Source: Candidatus Cloacimonadales bacterium (lineage in GTDB: Bacteria > Cloacimonadota > Cloacimonadia > Cloacimonadales > JAFGVF01). From it: DNA of 64,000 nucleotides. The stretch covers positions 256,001-320,000 of the forward strand of contig CAXXOU010000001.1 in assembly GCA_963677495.2 (NCBI GenBank), in the 5' to 3' direction. How positions within the stretch are numbered: the first letter of the stretch is position 1; the number at the start of each line of letters is the position of its first letter. The notes under the pieces are model-generated. The model ran no database searches. It saw nothing but the letters and a program-made list of their open reading frames with translations, and had not been told where the DNA came from. The position numbers and the translations under genes were made by a program. Below are positions 40,377 to 51,200 of this stretch, in pieces.

Positions 40377-43300
40377 TTATCTCATTGTTCTCAAGGTTCT
40401 TTCCACATCTTGCCATTTTAATTTATTGCGAGTATTGTTTAAGCTTTGTAGATATTGTAATTGTCTTGAAGTGTAGTTCTTGACTACTGTTACTTCATAG
40501 AACATCTGAGGGCTAAACTCAGTAACTAACTGATGAGTGAACTCATTTGAAAAACAGAAGTTCAGGAAGAAGAAGTCTTGGTTATTCTCACTGTACTTAA
40601 CTAAATAGCCATCAGGAATCAATAACATACCATCAGTGTTTGAGTTAACTTCATCCCAAGTTAATTCCGCATCCATATTATTTATCTCCACTTGCATATT
40701 ACTAACCGGAGTAGGAGTAGAACCATATGGAGTACTGTCTTCCCAAGCAAGGAATGGATATCCTGTTCCATAGCAGTTCATTCTCCAAATATCGTCAGTT
40801 CCATTGTCTGATTCACCTTCGAAATCCCAGCCTGCGTTAAGATAGGTATCAATTGTTTGCATCCAAATTGTAGATCTACCTTGGCCAAAGGCAGTAGAGC
40901 TAACCTGCATAACATCAATATTCCAAAATGAATTGAGAACTTGAGTATTGTTCCCATCACTTAAATCTTCTTCACCAACCAAAGCACCGGAGCCTGTTAC
41001 ACCACTAGTTAAAGCTGAGGAGTAACTATTTTCAATGTAAGCCCCATTACTTTTTCCGATTAATCCTCCAGCAATAACACTATTGCTAACCTGGTTCTGG
41101 TTATAGCAGTTGAATAGAGTATCAGTAGTAGAGTATGCGATTAATCCACCTGCAGTGCTATTCGCTCCTGAAGCTGAAATGTCTCCCTTGTTTAAACAAT
41201 TGTTATATATACTACTTTCTGAAGAATGAGACAATCCTGCAGCACCTACCATTCCCATAATTGTCCCATAATTTGAGCAATTATTTAAGAGCGAGTTACT
41301 AACATAACGCACTATTCCTGCAGATCGAGACAATATTGCCCAATCATGATCTGCATTAATATGTATATTCCCTGAAAATGAACAATTTATAATCTCTGTG
41401 AACATGCAAGAAGACATTATCCCTGCAAGATTAGAAGCTCCGAAAATTGACACGCTACTTCGACAATCAATAACATTTGAATACATAGATACATTTATCA
41501 ACCCTGAGCATGAAGCAACATTAGTCATTACTCCGGAAGTGTAGCAATTACTTATAGTACTATTAGATGAGATCCCTATCAAACTGCCAAAATTCACACT
41601 ATCAGCAATATAAATGTTACTTAATCCAAGATTTTTGATCTCCGCATAATAAATATACCCGAATAATCCCCTTGATTCTGCCATACTTCCATTAGGTAAA
41701 TTGTACATATGAAGATTGTTAATGACATAGTTGTCACCATCATAAACTCCACTGAAACTGCTGTTATCTCGTCCAATTCTTGATAATTGATTAAACTCCG
41801 ATTGAGATGCATCGATATCTGCTGTTTGCAGGTATTCGCAGTCCCAGAAGTCCGCATGAGTACTAATCCACTTCAAAACATCATAGTTTGATACGAGATA
41901 TGGACTACCGGATGTTCCCATTCCACTTGGTGTTGTTGTGAACTGCCTTTGCTGGCCATAAGCTGTACCGTTGGAGTTGGTAGCATATGCTTTGTAATAG
42001 AAATCTGTCACCATTGGCAAACTGCTAATTGAAGAAATGAAGCTATCAGTACCAGTACCTTCGAAGGTAAAATTGTCATCAATTGTAGGATTTTCCTCAG
42101 TACTCCAACAAATACCCTTGGCTACTATTTCCGTTCCACCCCAATCTGTTATCTCCCCTCCCAACTCAGCTTCATGGGTTCCGAAACTAACGGGTTCATT
42201 TGATATAACTACGGGCAATTGCAAATCAACTGTTGTAAAAGACAGCTCATCACCATAGGAAGTACCTAAAGAGTTGGTTGCATAAGCTTTGTAATAGTAC
42301 GTAGTGTTGTGTGAGAGATCTGAAAGTATAGAAGTGAAAGAACCTGCTCCAGTACCGTCTGTAGTATGACTATCTGCGATAGTAGGATTGGGTACAGTAC
42401 TCCAGCAAACTCCATAAGCTGTAACTTCTGTTCCACCGTAATCAAGAATATCTCCACCTGTCTCTGCTCCATAATAATCAATATTAGAAACAACTGTTGT
42501 GGTTAGCGTTGCAAGCTCTAAATCTCGTGTTGTAAAGGAGAATTCCTCTCCAAAGCAAGTTCTGAGAGAGTTTGTAGCGTATGCTCGATAGTAGTATGTA
42601 GTGTTATAATTTAAATTAGAAAGGGTTGAAGCAAAAACACCACTCCCACTTCCATCAACTGTGAAGTCATCATCAAGAGTTGGATTAGGTGAACTGCTCC
42701 AGCATACACCGTAAGCTGAAACACTTGACACTCCTTCATCTAAAATCTCACCACCAGAAACAGCTCCATAGTAATCAATATCAATTACGGGTGCAGTTGT
42801 AAGTTCCATATAAATGATAGTTGCACCAGATGCAACCCAATCTTCATCGCTCATATTCCCTAATGTTCCATGATTAGATCCAACAGCATCAGAAGCTGTA
42901 TTCCCTGAACTTTCGTTGAATTGCCAATAACTCACCAAACCAAGTTCATCACCTTCTAAGGTAGTATTCATATAATCTGAAATCTCTTGCTCGGTTCTTA
43001 CAGTGTTCCACCAGCGAACTTCATCCATTTTACCTTCAAAAGCACGATTTAGCTGATTAGTGTTTTTATTACCTAAGTACAAATTGACAGTCGACGAAGA
43101 TAATCCACCGGGATATGTTGCGGAGGATACGAGGTTACCGTTTAAATAAACCTTGAAATCTGTGCCATCATAAGTCAAAGCAACATGTGTCCATGTATCA
43201 TAAGACAGTTCCGTACTGGGAAAGGCAAAGTCTTCATAGTTACCGTTAACTAATCCTGAAAAACACAATCTTGATGTTTGTGTGCTGATATAGAAAGCTA

Positions 43301-43520
43301 AGTCGTTCCTTCTATCAAATAAGCGAGGATAGCTCTCCCCATAATAATAATAAACCCATGTTTCAAAAGTAAAAGCATTTGATACATTCAAGCTCGAATC
43401 ATTACCGCAGTTGACATAATCATTTGCGCCATCAAAGTCAAGGCAGTTACCCGCAAAGTTATCAATGGCTGATAAAGTAAAGATTGAGATTAAAAGTAAA
43501 AATAGACACAATTGTTTCAT
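40377..43520 (-). CDS. Large secreted protein: LamG-like domain, three FN3-like repeats, GLUG/beta-helix region, shared C-terminal domain
   Basis: Signal peptide MKQLCLF...LSA; WTHVALTYDG, GKMDEVRWW; 3x G(V/I)CWS..NPT...AYATNS repeats; YLQTADIDAS, AGWDF. Confidence 0.82.
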   Translation of the reverse strand: MKQLCLFLLLISIFTLSAIDNFAGNCLDFDGANDYVNCGNDSSLNVSNAFTFETWVYYYYGESYPRLFDRRNDLAFYISTQTSRLCFSGLVNGNYEDFAFPSTELSYDTWTHVALTYDGTDFKVYLNGNLVSSATYPGGLSSSTVNLYLGNKNTNQLNRAFEGKMDEVRWWNTVRTEQEISDYMNTTLEGDELGLVSYWQFNESSGNTASDAVGSNHGTLGNMSDEDWVASGATIIYMELTTAPVIDIDYYGAVSGGEILDEGVSSVSAYGVCWSSSPNPTLDDDFTVDGSGSGVFASTLSNLNYNTTYYYRAYATNSLRTCFGEEFSFTTRDLELATLTTTVVSNIDYYGAETGGDILDYGGTEVTAYGVCWSTVPNPTIADSHTTDGTGAGSFTSILSDLSHNTTYYYKAYATNSLGTSYGDELSFTTVDLQLPVVISNEPVSFGTHEAELGGEITDWGGTEIVAKGICWSTEENPTIDDNFTFEGTGTDSFISSISSLPMVTDFYYKAYATNSNGTAYGQQRQFTTTPSGMGTSGSPYLVSNYDVLKWISTHADFWDCEYLQTADIDASQSEFNQLSRIGRDNSSFSGVYDGDNYVINNLHMYNLPNGSMAESRGLFGYIYYAEIKNLGLSNIYIADSVNFGSLIGISSNSTISNCYTSGVMTNVASCSGLINVSMYSNVIDCRSSVSIFGASNLAGIMSSCMFTEIINCSFSGNIHINADHDWAILSRSAGIVRYVSNSLLNNCSNYGTIMGMVGAAGLSHSSESSIYNNCLNKGDISASGANSTAGGLIAYSTTDTLFNCYNQNQVSNSVIAGGLIGKSNGAYIENSYSSALTSGVTGSGALVGEEDLSDGNNTQVLNSFWNIDVMQVSSTAFGQGRSTIWMQTIDTYLNAGWDFEGESDNGTDDIWRMNCYGTGYPFLAWEDSTPYGSTPTPVSNMQVEINNMDAELTWDEVNSNTDGMLLIPDGYLVKYSENNQDFFFLNFCFSNEFTHQLVTEFSPQMFYEVTVVKNYTSRQLQYLQSLNNTRNKLKWQDVERTLRTMR

Positions 43521-43799
43521 TTCCCCTCCATAAATTAATGATTTTTCTCTTTTGCCATGATAAATAGAAATCATTTGCTTTGGTTGTCAAGAAAAATATC
43601 TATTGCTAACTAACCTTCTTACAATAATATAGAAACAATCAGCTTATAGTGCATCATTGCATTGATTTCAATATCAAAAAGACATAGCATATTGGGAGCA
43701 CATTGTAAATATTGATTTAGTGATTGAAGTCTATAACTTCTTGACATCCATAAAGCCCTGACTTAAATTCAATCTGAAGGTATTAGTAAGGAGCAAGAT

Positions 43800-45623
43800 A
43801 TGGACCAAGCAAGCCTAAGCAGTTTTTCTATAAGATTCAAGCGATTTATTGCATTTGTGATAGATAGTTTACTATGGATTTTTATGTTTATCGTTTTATC
43901 ACCTATGTTACTAAGTAGAACCATACCCGGTTCGCAACTGTATCTTTATGTTCTAATTGTTGGCTTTTTAGTCCCGTTCCTCTATAGCACTCTTTTTAAT
44001 TTACTTTTCGGTGCAACAGTCGGGAAACTATGTTTGGGATTAAGAGTTATTTCTATCGGAGATTCTAAGAAACCAACAATCGCAATTGCAGCTTACAGAG
44101 CTATCCTCTCTATTGTTTCAACTTTTTCATTCGGGTTAGCTTTTATTTGGATTTTGATTGATAGCAGAAGTCAGGGGTTTACAGACAAGTTAGCCAAAAC
44201 CGTTGTACTTTCAAAGAAGGATATAGATAAAGCCATTCCTGAGCCATCTGATGTTGACAGAACCAAGTGGAACTTTGGTCGCATTATCCTTGCACTTTCA
44301 GCTACCTTCTTAGTTGTGCTAATATCTTTAATATTCTATAAGCCTACCTTGAACGAAGATGCAGTTACTGCCTTAATAGATTATTCATTAGAAGAGGATC
44401 CTGAACAGAATGGCTATTATGCTGTTTCTGCTTTCGGTATAGCTGAAAGTTTAGACCCTCATACTGCTGGATTGAAAAGAACAATTGAGACTAACTCTAA
44501 GATAATTTCAATACTTGAGGGAGATATAGATTATATTCAAGAACAGATGCTTTCCGGTAAACTTAATGCGGAAAGAGATTCTTTAGACTATAGATTCAAT
44601 GAATTAGTGCCTGATGATGGTGAGTCATACACAGATTTAGCATTAGAGAAATCAAATCTAATCAATGAGCTGATAAGTAAGTATGACTATCTACTCCCGC
44701 GTTATAAAAGTTTGGCTGATTATAAAGTGATTGAGAACAAAATACTCCCTGATATGCTTACACCGGTACCAATTTTAATGAATATTGTTAACTACCACAG
44801 ATTATTTTGTTATAACTTAACGCTTGAATATATACACGGTGATAAAGCAACAGCAGTTGAAAGCCTAAAGCTCAGTGAAGCTGTTTGCGTTAATCTCTTA
44901 GAGAAAGCAGATTATCTCATGCTCAAGCTTGCAGCTATGGTAATGATGGGGATTCACCAATCAGCATTAAACGACATTATGATTTATGAGGATCGGCTTA
45001 ATCCTGAGTTATACGAATATATCATCGGAATTGAGGATCTATCAACAGAAGCCATGAGCTTAAGAAAACCCCTGTATCAAGAGTATAATTATTCAGTAGC
45101 TTATGCTTTAAGAATGATAAACTCTGGGGAAGTCTTAAAAGATTGTCGCATAACAAAAGAGGAGATATTAGCAGCAAATCCTCCCCTGTTGAAAGGGAAC
45201 AGTTTTGTAAATAATGCTTATCAAAATGTTGCCTATATTGCTGATTTCTCAGAACTGACAACTTCTGAGATGAATGAACGATTTAATGTTTTAAAGCGAC
45301 CCTCAACTCCGTTCCTTGAATATCTTCATAACCCTATAGGTGTTATCATTGAGAAGGTTACCATAGCTCCTGTTTACACAGAATATGCACTTCAACTCCG
45401 AGACTTGCATGTTAGAAATCAACTTCTTAAAATGGGTGCTGTCATTAAATCAACCAGCACTCCTGAGGATAAAGTTGTCGAAGTGATAAAAGCTAACTCA
45501 GATAAGTATAATAACCCCTACAATGGCAAACCATTCTTCTGGTTTAAAGATTCCAAGGCAATTAAGTGCATTGGTCCGGATATGTTTAAGCACGATGGTC
45601 TTAAGGTGAAGTTGTTTAGGTAG
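43800..45623 (+). CDS. RDD family membrane protein with large C-terminal extracytoplasmic domain
   Basis: KRFIAFVID, GATVGKLCLGLRV, QGFTDKLAKTVV. Confidence 0.85.
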   Translation: MDQASLSSFSIRFKRFIAFVIDSLLWIFMFIVLSPMLLSRTIPGSQLYLYVLIVGFLVPFLYSTLFNLLFGATVGKLCLGLRVISIGDSKKPTIAIAAYRAILSIVSTFSFGLAFIWILIDSRSQGFTDKLAKTVVLSKKDIDKAIPEPSDVDRTKWNFGRIILALSATFLVVLISLIFYKPTLNEDAVTALIDYSLEEDPEQNGYYAVSAFGIAESLDPHTAGLKRTIETNSKIISILEGDIDYIQEQMLSGKLNAERDSLDYRFNELVPDDGESYTDLALEKSNLINELISKYDYLLPRYKSLADYKVIENKILPDMLTPVPILMNIVNYHRLFCYNLTLEYIHGDKATAVESLKLSEAVCVNLLEKADYLMLKLAAMVMMGIHQSALNDIMIYEDRLNPELYEYIIGIEDLSTEAMSLRKPLYQEYNYSVAYALRMINSGEVLKDCRITKEEILAANPPLLKGNSFVNNAYQNVAYIADFSELTTSEMNERFNVLKRPSTPFLEYLHNPIGVIIEKVTIAPVYTEYALQLRDLHVRNQLLKMGAVIKSTSTPEDKVVEVIKANSDKYNNPYNGKPFFWFKDSKAIKCIGPDMFKHDGLKVKLFR

Positions 45624-45631
45624 AATCAAGC

Positions 45632-45658
45632 AAAGGCAGAGCTTATCACTCTGCCTTT
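45632..45658. terminator. Bidirectional terminator
   Basis: AAAGGCAGAG...CTCTGCCTTT between convergent genes. Confidence 0.8.
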
Positions 45659-45673
45659 CAATATATCTTACGA

Positions 45674-46390
45674 CTATTCGTCGAATGCTTTATCAGTTGT
45701 CCACTCTTTCCAGACATTACCTACAAGGTCTGGTCCAGGTTTAAGAGTTGGTTTTCCCGGTTTCCAGCCTGATGGAGTGGCTTCTCCACCCTTTGATTCT
45801 CTTACGAGCTGGAATGCTTTGATTTGACGAAGAGATTCACCCACATTACGGCCTACCGGTGGGGTAAGCACTTCAAATCCTTGGATATTACCGTCCGGGT
45901 CAATAATGAAGCGTCCACGGGTTTCGATTCCTGCTTCATCATCATAGATACCATACATAGTACCGATTCTTCCGCCGCCGTCTGAGAGCATTGGATAAGG
46001 GATTCCGCCTTTGACCATTTTTGAAAGCTCATGGTCATTCCACATTTTGTGTACAAACATACTGTCAACGCTCATTGAGAGTACTTCAACTCCCAGATCC
46101 TGAAACTCAGGATACTTCTCAGCAACTGCTGAGACTTCTGTTGCTCAAACAAATGTGAAATCACCGGGATAGAAACAAAGTACTACCCATTTACCTAAAA
46201 AATCGGATAGCGTTACATTAGTAAAGCCACCTTTGTGATACGCCGGAGCTGTAAAATCCGGAGCTTTTTGTCCAACTCTGATCATCTTGACCTCCTGTTT
46301 AGCTGGTTCATTAATTGCAATTTCGACTTCCTGTTCCACAGGAATCTCGCTCTTAGGTCTGCTACAACCGGCTTTTAGTTCTTCTGCCAT
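45674..46390 (-). CDS. prxU: Selenocysteine-containing peroxiredoxin (PrxU type); joins two ORF-track fragments through in-frame TGA at 46145-46147
   Basis: [16 protein letters not shown] at the peroxidatic Cys position; reading frame continues; SECIS-like hairpin follows. Confidence 0.93.
46117..46134 (-). promoter_or_regulatory. Bacterial SECIS element
   Basis: UCUCAGC-AGUU-GCUGAGA hairpin starting 11 nt after the UGA, G in apical loop. Confidence 0.8.
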
Positions 46391-46530
46391 AATAGCCTCC
46401 TTTTATTGAATCAATGATCACTTTTGAAAACAGATATGTCAAATTAAAATATATGAAATTTGTACACCGATCACCCTTGATCGGTTAGTCTCTTTCATCT
46501 TCTTCGGTTTCATTGCTCTCTTACATAACG

Positions 46531-46632
46531 CGGAAATCTTTCGCGACTTATTCGGGATTATCATGGGAATTCCACGGGCAAAGCCCCGAGAGATTCCCGT
46601 GTAAGTCCCGGGAGATTCCCGCGTGAGTCCCA
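46531..46632. repeat. 11-bp-phased inverted array D (core CGGGA/TCCCG)
   Basis: CGGGA-type cores at 46531, 46542, 46553, 46564, 46575; TCCCG-type cores at 46584, 46595, 46606, 46617, 46628. Confidence 0.88.
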
Positions 46633-46840
46633 AGTATTATTAGGCAGTAATAAGTCTAAAATGATAGTAGGATATGTTAAAAGAGTGTATTTTTAGGTGT
46701 GAACATAAAAAATAGCAACTGATAAAGAGATTGATGATTTTATAGTTTCTCTGATCTTACACTTACTATAATTGTACATAATTCTTGACTACTCAAAGCA
46801 TTGCAGCGAATTGATTTGCTAACACAAAAACGGAGTTTAT

Positions 46841-47317
46841 ATGTATTTTTTAGTACTAATATTGTTGCTTGTTTCTTTCTTTGTGAACAAAAACAAAACT
46901 AAGAAAGCTCTCTTGAAAGCTTGGAAGTCTTTAGAGAATATACTTCCAAAATTCATAGGTGTAATCTGTCTAGTTGGCATTATGTTAGCAATTTTAGATC
47001 AGAAAATGATTTCAAGTTTAATTGGTGCTGAATCAGGTTTTTGGGGTATTCTAGTATCAAGTTTTATTGGTTCGATAACTCTAATTCCCGGATTTGTTGC
47101 TTTTCCAACAGCAAAAGCCTTGCTGGACAATGGGGCAGGTTATGTGCAAATTGGTGCATTCATCTCCTCTTTGATGATGGTTGGCATCATGACAATCCCT
47201 GTAGAGATTGAGTATTTTGGCAAGAAGGTAACACTTCTTAGGAATCTGCTTGCTTTTATCATGTCATTTGGAGTTGCTTTCACAATCGGTTTTGTAATGG
47301 AGGGAAAATGGTTTTAA
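46841..47317 (+). CDS. Predicted permease (DUF318-like half), subunit 1
   Basis: Multiple TM helices; GSITLIPGFVAFP, EIEYFGKK. Confidence 0.8.
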   Translation: MYFLVLILLLVSFFVNKNKTKKALLKAWKSLENILPKFIGVICLVGIMLAILDQKMISSLIGAESGFWGILVSSFIGSITLIPGFVAFPTAKALLDNGAGYVQIGAFISSLMMVGIMTIPVEIEYFGKKVTLLRNLLAFIMSFGVAFTIGFVMEGKWF

Positions 47318-47835
47318 AGAAATATCTGTTCCCGATAATTACAATCGTTGTCTTAGCTGTATTATACTTTGTTAATCAGGAGATTGGTAGAAGAGCATTA
47401 ACAATAACAACTAGTTCCATACTACAAATGGCAAGCATTATCCCGCCTGTATTCATTCTTCTAGGACTACTTGATGTCTGGGTTCCAAAAGAGGTAATGA
47501 TTAAGCTTATGGGAAATGAATCAGGAGTAAGAGGTGTGTTACTGGCTTTCACTCTTGGTTCTGCAGCAGCTGGACCTTTATACGGTGCTTTCCCAATAGC
47601 CGCACTTCTAATGCGTAAGGGAGCAAAATTTAGCAACGTACTAATCTTCATTGGTGCCTGGTCAACTACTAAGATTCCTATGTTCCTTTTCGAGCTTACT
47701 AATCTTGGAGCTAAATTTGCTGTTACAAGATTGATTGTAGATGTGATTGGGATAGTAATAATTGCACAGATTATAAGTAAGTCTTTGACTAAAAAGCATA
47801 TTGATGAGATATATAAGAAATCAGAAACTTTGTAG
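47308..47835 (+). CDS. Predicted permease (DUF318-like half), subunit 2
   Basis: LGLLDVWVP, GSAAAGPLYGAFP, GAWSTTKIPM. Confidence 0.8.
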   Translation: MVLKKYLFPIITIVVLAVLYFVNQEIGRRALTITTSSILQMASIIPPVFILLGLLDVWVPKEVMIKLMGNESGVRGVLLAFTLGSAAAGPLYGAFPIAALLMRKGAKFSNVLIFIGAWSTTKIPMFLFELTNLGAKFAVTRLIVDVIGIVIIAQIISKSLTKKHIDEIYKKSETL

Positions 47836-47853
47836 CATCTATAAGGAGAGCTC

Positions 47854-48282
47854 ATGAATTTAACTAACGAGATAATTGCATTTTTCAAAGATATCCAAAC
47901 AGTAAGCTTTGCTACTTCAGTAGATAACATACCACACGTAAGACCAATGACCATGATCTGGTTTGAGAACAGAATCCTCTTTGTAACAGGGGATAAAGCA
48001 GATAAAACAACTCAGCTTCTACAAAATCCAAAATTAGAAACCTGTCTTAGTCTTCAGAAAGATGAATATAGAGGCTATATCCGCCTAAACGGTCCAGTAC
48101 AGTTTGTTAAAGATAAAGATTTAAAGCATAGAGTATTCAACAGCATTGATTTTATCAAGGTTTACTTCGAATCACCAGACTCAGAATCTTTTATTCTTAT
48201 GGAGCTATTACCAAAACACTGCGAGTTGTTAAAACCCGGTGAAATGGATGGAGTTAAAGGTAAATGGGAACTATCCCTTTAG
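47854..48282 (+). CDS. Pyridoxamine 5'-phosphate oxidase-like FMN-binding protein
   Basis: FATSVDNIPHVRPM, KTTQLLQNPKLE. Confidence 0.85.
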   Translation: MNLTNEIIAFFKDIQTVSFATSVDNIPHVRPMTMIWFENRILFVTGDKADKTTQLLQNPKLETCLSLQKDEYRGYIRLNGPVQFVKDKDLKHRVFNSIDFIKVYFESPDSESFILMELLPKHCELLKPGEMDGVKGKWELSL

Positions 48283-51200
48283 CACTTCATTCATCTTATC
48301 TGCTACAACCTTTACTGCCGGCTCTTTCAAGATAGTATCATGAGTTGAGTCCACAAGTGTAATATCCAGCTTCTTGGTTATAGATGGCCAACCCAGAGTT
48401 GTATCATGAACTAAAGGCACATCCTGATGTATTGCAGAAAATAGAGTAATCTCACCTTTATACGGACGCATACGATATTTCACAATAGCATCAATATTTT
48501 TTAATCTCACTGCAGTACGATTAGCAAATAGTCCCTGATCTAAGAATTGGATATGATTACATACAAGCTTCTCGTACTCTTTCCTAGAAGTAAGTTTTGC
48601 TTTAACATAACGAATCATACCACCCGGGAACATCTTAACTAAGCAGCGAAGATTATACATGAAGAATTTAAATCCTATCAAACCTCTCGGTTTTTTAACC
48701 CAAGACTCAATCATAAAGAGGTTTGGGATAGTATATCCTTCTGCTTCAAGTAATCTTGCAATCTCATAAGCTACATTTCCACCGAAACACCAACCTCCAA
48801 GATAGAGAGTTTTTTCAGGACAGTGTTTCTTAATCAGTTCAACATAGTATTGGGCCATCTCTTCAACTGAAGTATGTGCTTTTGACTCATCGAAAAGTCC
48901 TAGAGCCTGTAATCCATAAATTGGCTGCTTTCTATCGAGATATCTAATGAGATTCACATACCCAAGCAGGTCTCCCGGAAGTGAATGTAACAGATAAATT
49001 GGGATTCTATCCTTTGATCCACGTTGTAGTTCTATCATTGAGAAACTACCAAATGTATTTCCTTTAGCTTCTTTTAAACTAACCTTTGTCGATAAATCTT
49101 CAATATCCTTATGATGGAACAAATCATTAATACTAATAAGCAAACCGGCTTTACCTATTTGGTTAATCACTTTCATACTCAGTATTGAGTTACCACCAAT
49201 TTCAAAGAAATTCTCATTAATACCAACTGAATCTATTCCCAAGACATCAGCAATAATGTTGCAGATTAGCTCTTGGTCTGGTGTATATGGCAATCTCTTT
49301 TCACTACTCTCAACAGCTTTAAAATCAGGTAATGGAAATCCTTTTCTATTGATCTTGCCTGTAGAAGTAATTGGAAAATCCTTCATATGCACAAAATAGT
49401 GTGGTATCATATATTGAGGAAGAAGATCCCCTAGTTCTTTATTCAATTGTGATGAACTTAAGCTTTTTCCAGACTCAGTAATGTAATATGCAACTAGTTT
49501 CATATCACCCGGATCATCAGATATTGGAAGTACTACTGAATCTCGGACGGATGCAAGTTTCCGCATATTAGCTTCTACCTCTTCAGGCTCAATCCTATGC
49601 CCTCGAATCTTTACCTGAAAGTCTTTTCGTCCGATAAACTCCAAAGATCCATCAGCCGTGAAGCGTACAATATCACCTGTTCTGTAGATACGATCCCTAG
49701 TATTATCAGGGAACTTGTGCTCCACGAAGACTTGCTTAGTTAGCTCTTCCTGACCGATATAACCATGAGCAACTTGTGCACCTCCAATAAACAGTTCTCC
49801 AGGTATTCCAGGAGGTAAAGGTTGCATGTTGTTATCCAAGACATAAACTTTCACATTAGGTAGAGGTTTACCAATAAGGAAATCACTTCCCAGATTAGAA
49901 GCAGCTTCTTGCCACGTAGCAATAATAGTAGTTTCAGTTGGGCCATAAGTGTTCAGAAGCATAACATCACTTTTCACATTCTTAGCCCATGTGTGATAGA
50001 TCTCTTTCGCAGCTTTTTCTCCACCGATAATAACAACTCTTACAGACTCTGGTAATGGAGCTTTTTCAAGTTCATGTACCATCTCATGCCAATATGCTGT
50101 AGGAAGATCAAGTATAGAGATTTCTTCCTCCTCAATGAATTGCATCGCATCAGTAAAAGAACTCACCATCTTCTCAGTTCTCAGCACAAGAGTTGCTCCG
50201 CAAAGAAGAGTTGGAAAGATTTCTTCAACTGAAAGATCAAAACTCAGGTTACCAAATTGGAGCATATTGTCTTTTTCTGTCATTCCGAGTTTTTCAATTA
50301 TTGAGTAGTTATGATTAATCAAGTTCTTATGTGATACACTAATACCTTTAGGAGTACCTGTAGAACCGGACGTAAAAATAACATAAGCGGGATCATTGGG
50401 ATGAAGTGGACGTGTTTTAAACTGAACCATTGCAGTTGGCTCTGTAGGATTGTTTTCATCATACTTTATTATCTTTCCATCATAAACTGATAGTAACGCC
50501 ATATACTTCTCTGCAGAAACAACTGTTTTCACATTAGCTAACTTCAACATGCTTTTTAGTCTGTCCTGAGGGAAGGTTGGATTTATAGGCAAATATGCAC
50601 AACCTGAGCTAATTACAGACATAATAGAAATAATTGTTTCCGGAGTTCTGTCTAAGCATATTCCGACAATATCACCTGTCTGTACACCTGTCTGCAGTAG
50701 TTTTAACTTAAAGCTGTTAACATGAATCTCCAAGTCTCTATAAGTATAACTTTCATCCTTAAATTTTAAAGCTATATTATAAGGATATTTCTTATAGGAT
50801 TCGTTGAGAAGTTCAACATAAGTACTCTTAAGTGGGTAATCTCGTTCAGTGCCTTGCCATTCTCTAAAAAGATTATATGACTCGGATCCGGTAATAATGC
50901 TAATATCCTTCACTCTTATCTCTGGGTCATCAAAAACTGCATCCATTATATTCTGAAAATGATGGCTCATTCTTTCAATAAGTGATTCATCGTATAAGCT
51001 GGTATCATATTCAAACCAGCATTCCATCTCATTCTGAAACTCTTCTGCATTAAAGACTAAATCCATCTTAGCAGTATTGTTTCCAATTTCCTTTAGTTTG
51101 AAAGATGTTTTATTCTTAGGAATCTCCGGCAGAGGATAGTTCTGATAAACCATCATAACTTGAAACAATGGATGTTTACTGCTTTGAGATTTGTAACCCA

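Noticed and set aside
45674..46390. Peroxiredoxin pseudogene or two separate genes
   Set aside because: The stop is an in-frame TGA at the catalytic position with a SECIS-like hairpin; Sec recoding explains it better.
46439..46633. 64-aa ORF upstream of prxU
   Set aside because: Overlaps array D and has a weak start; likely spurious. The same applies to 28274-28480 over the tandem repeat.
47376..47954. 192-aa antisense ORF over the permease
   Set aside because: Mirror of a hydrophobic sense gene; no independent evidence.
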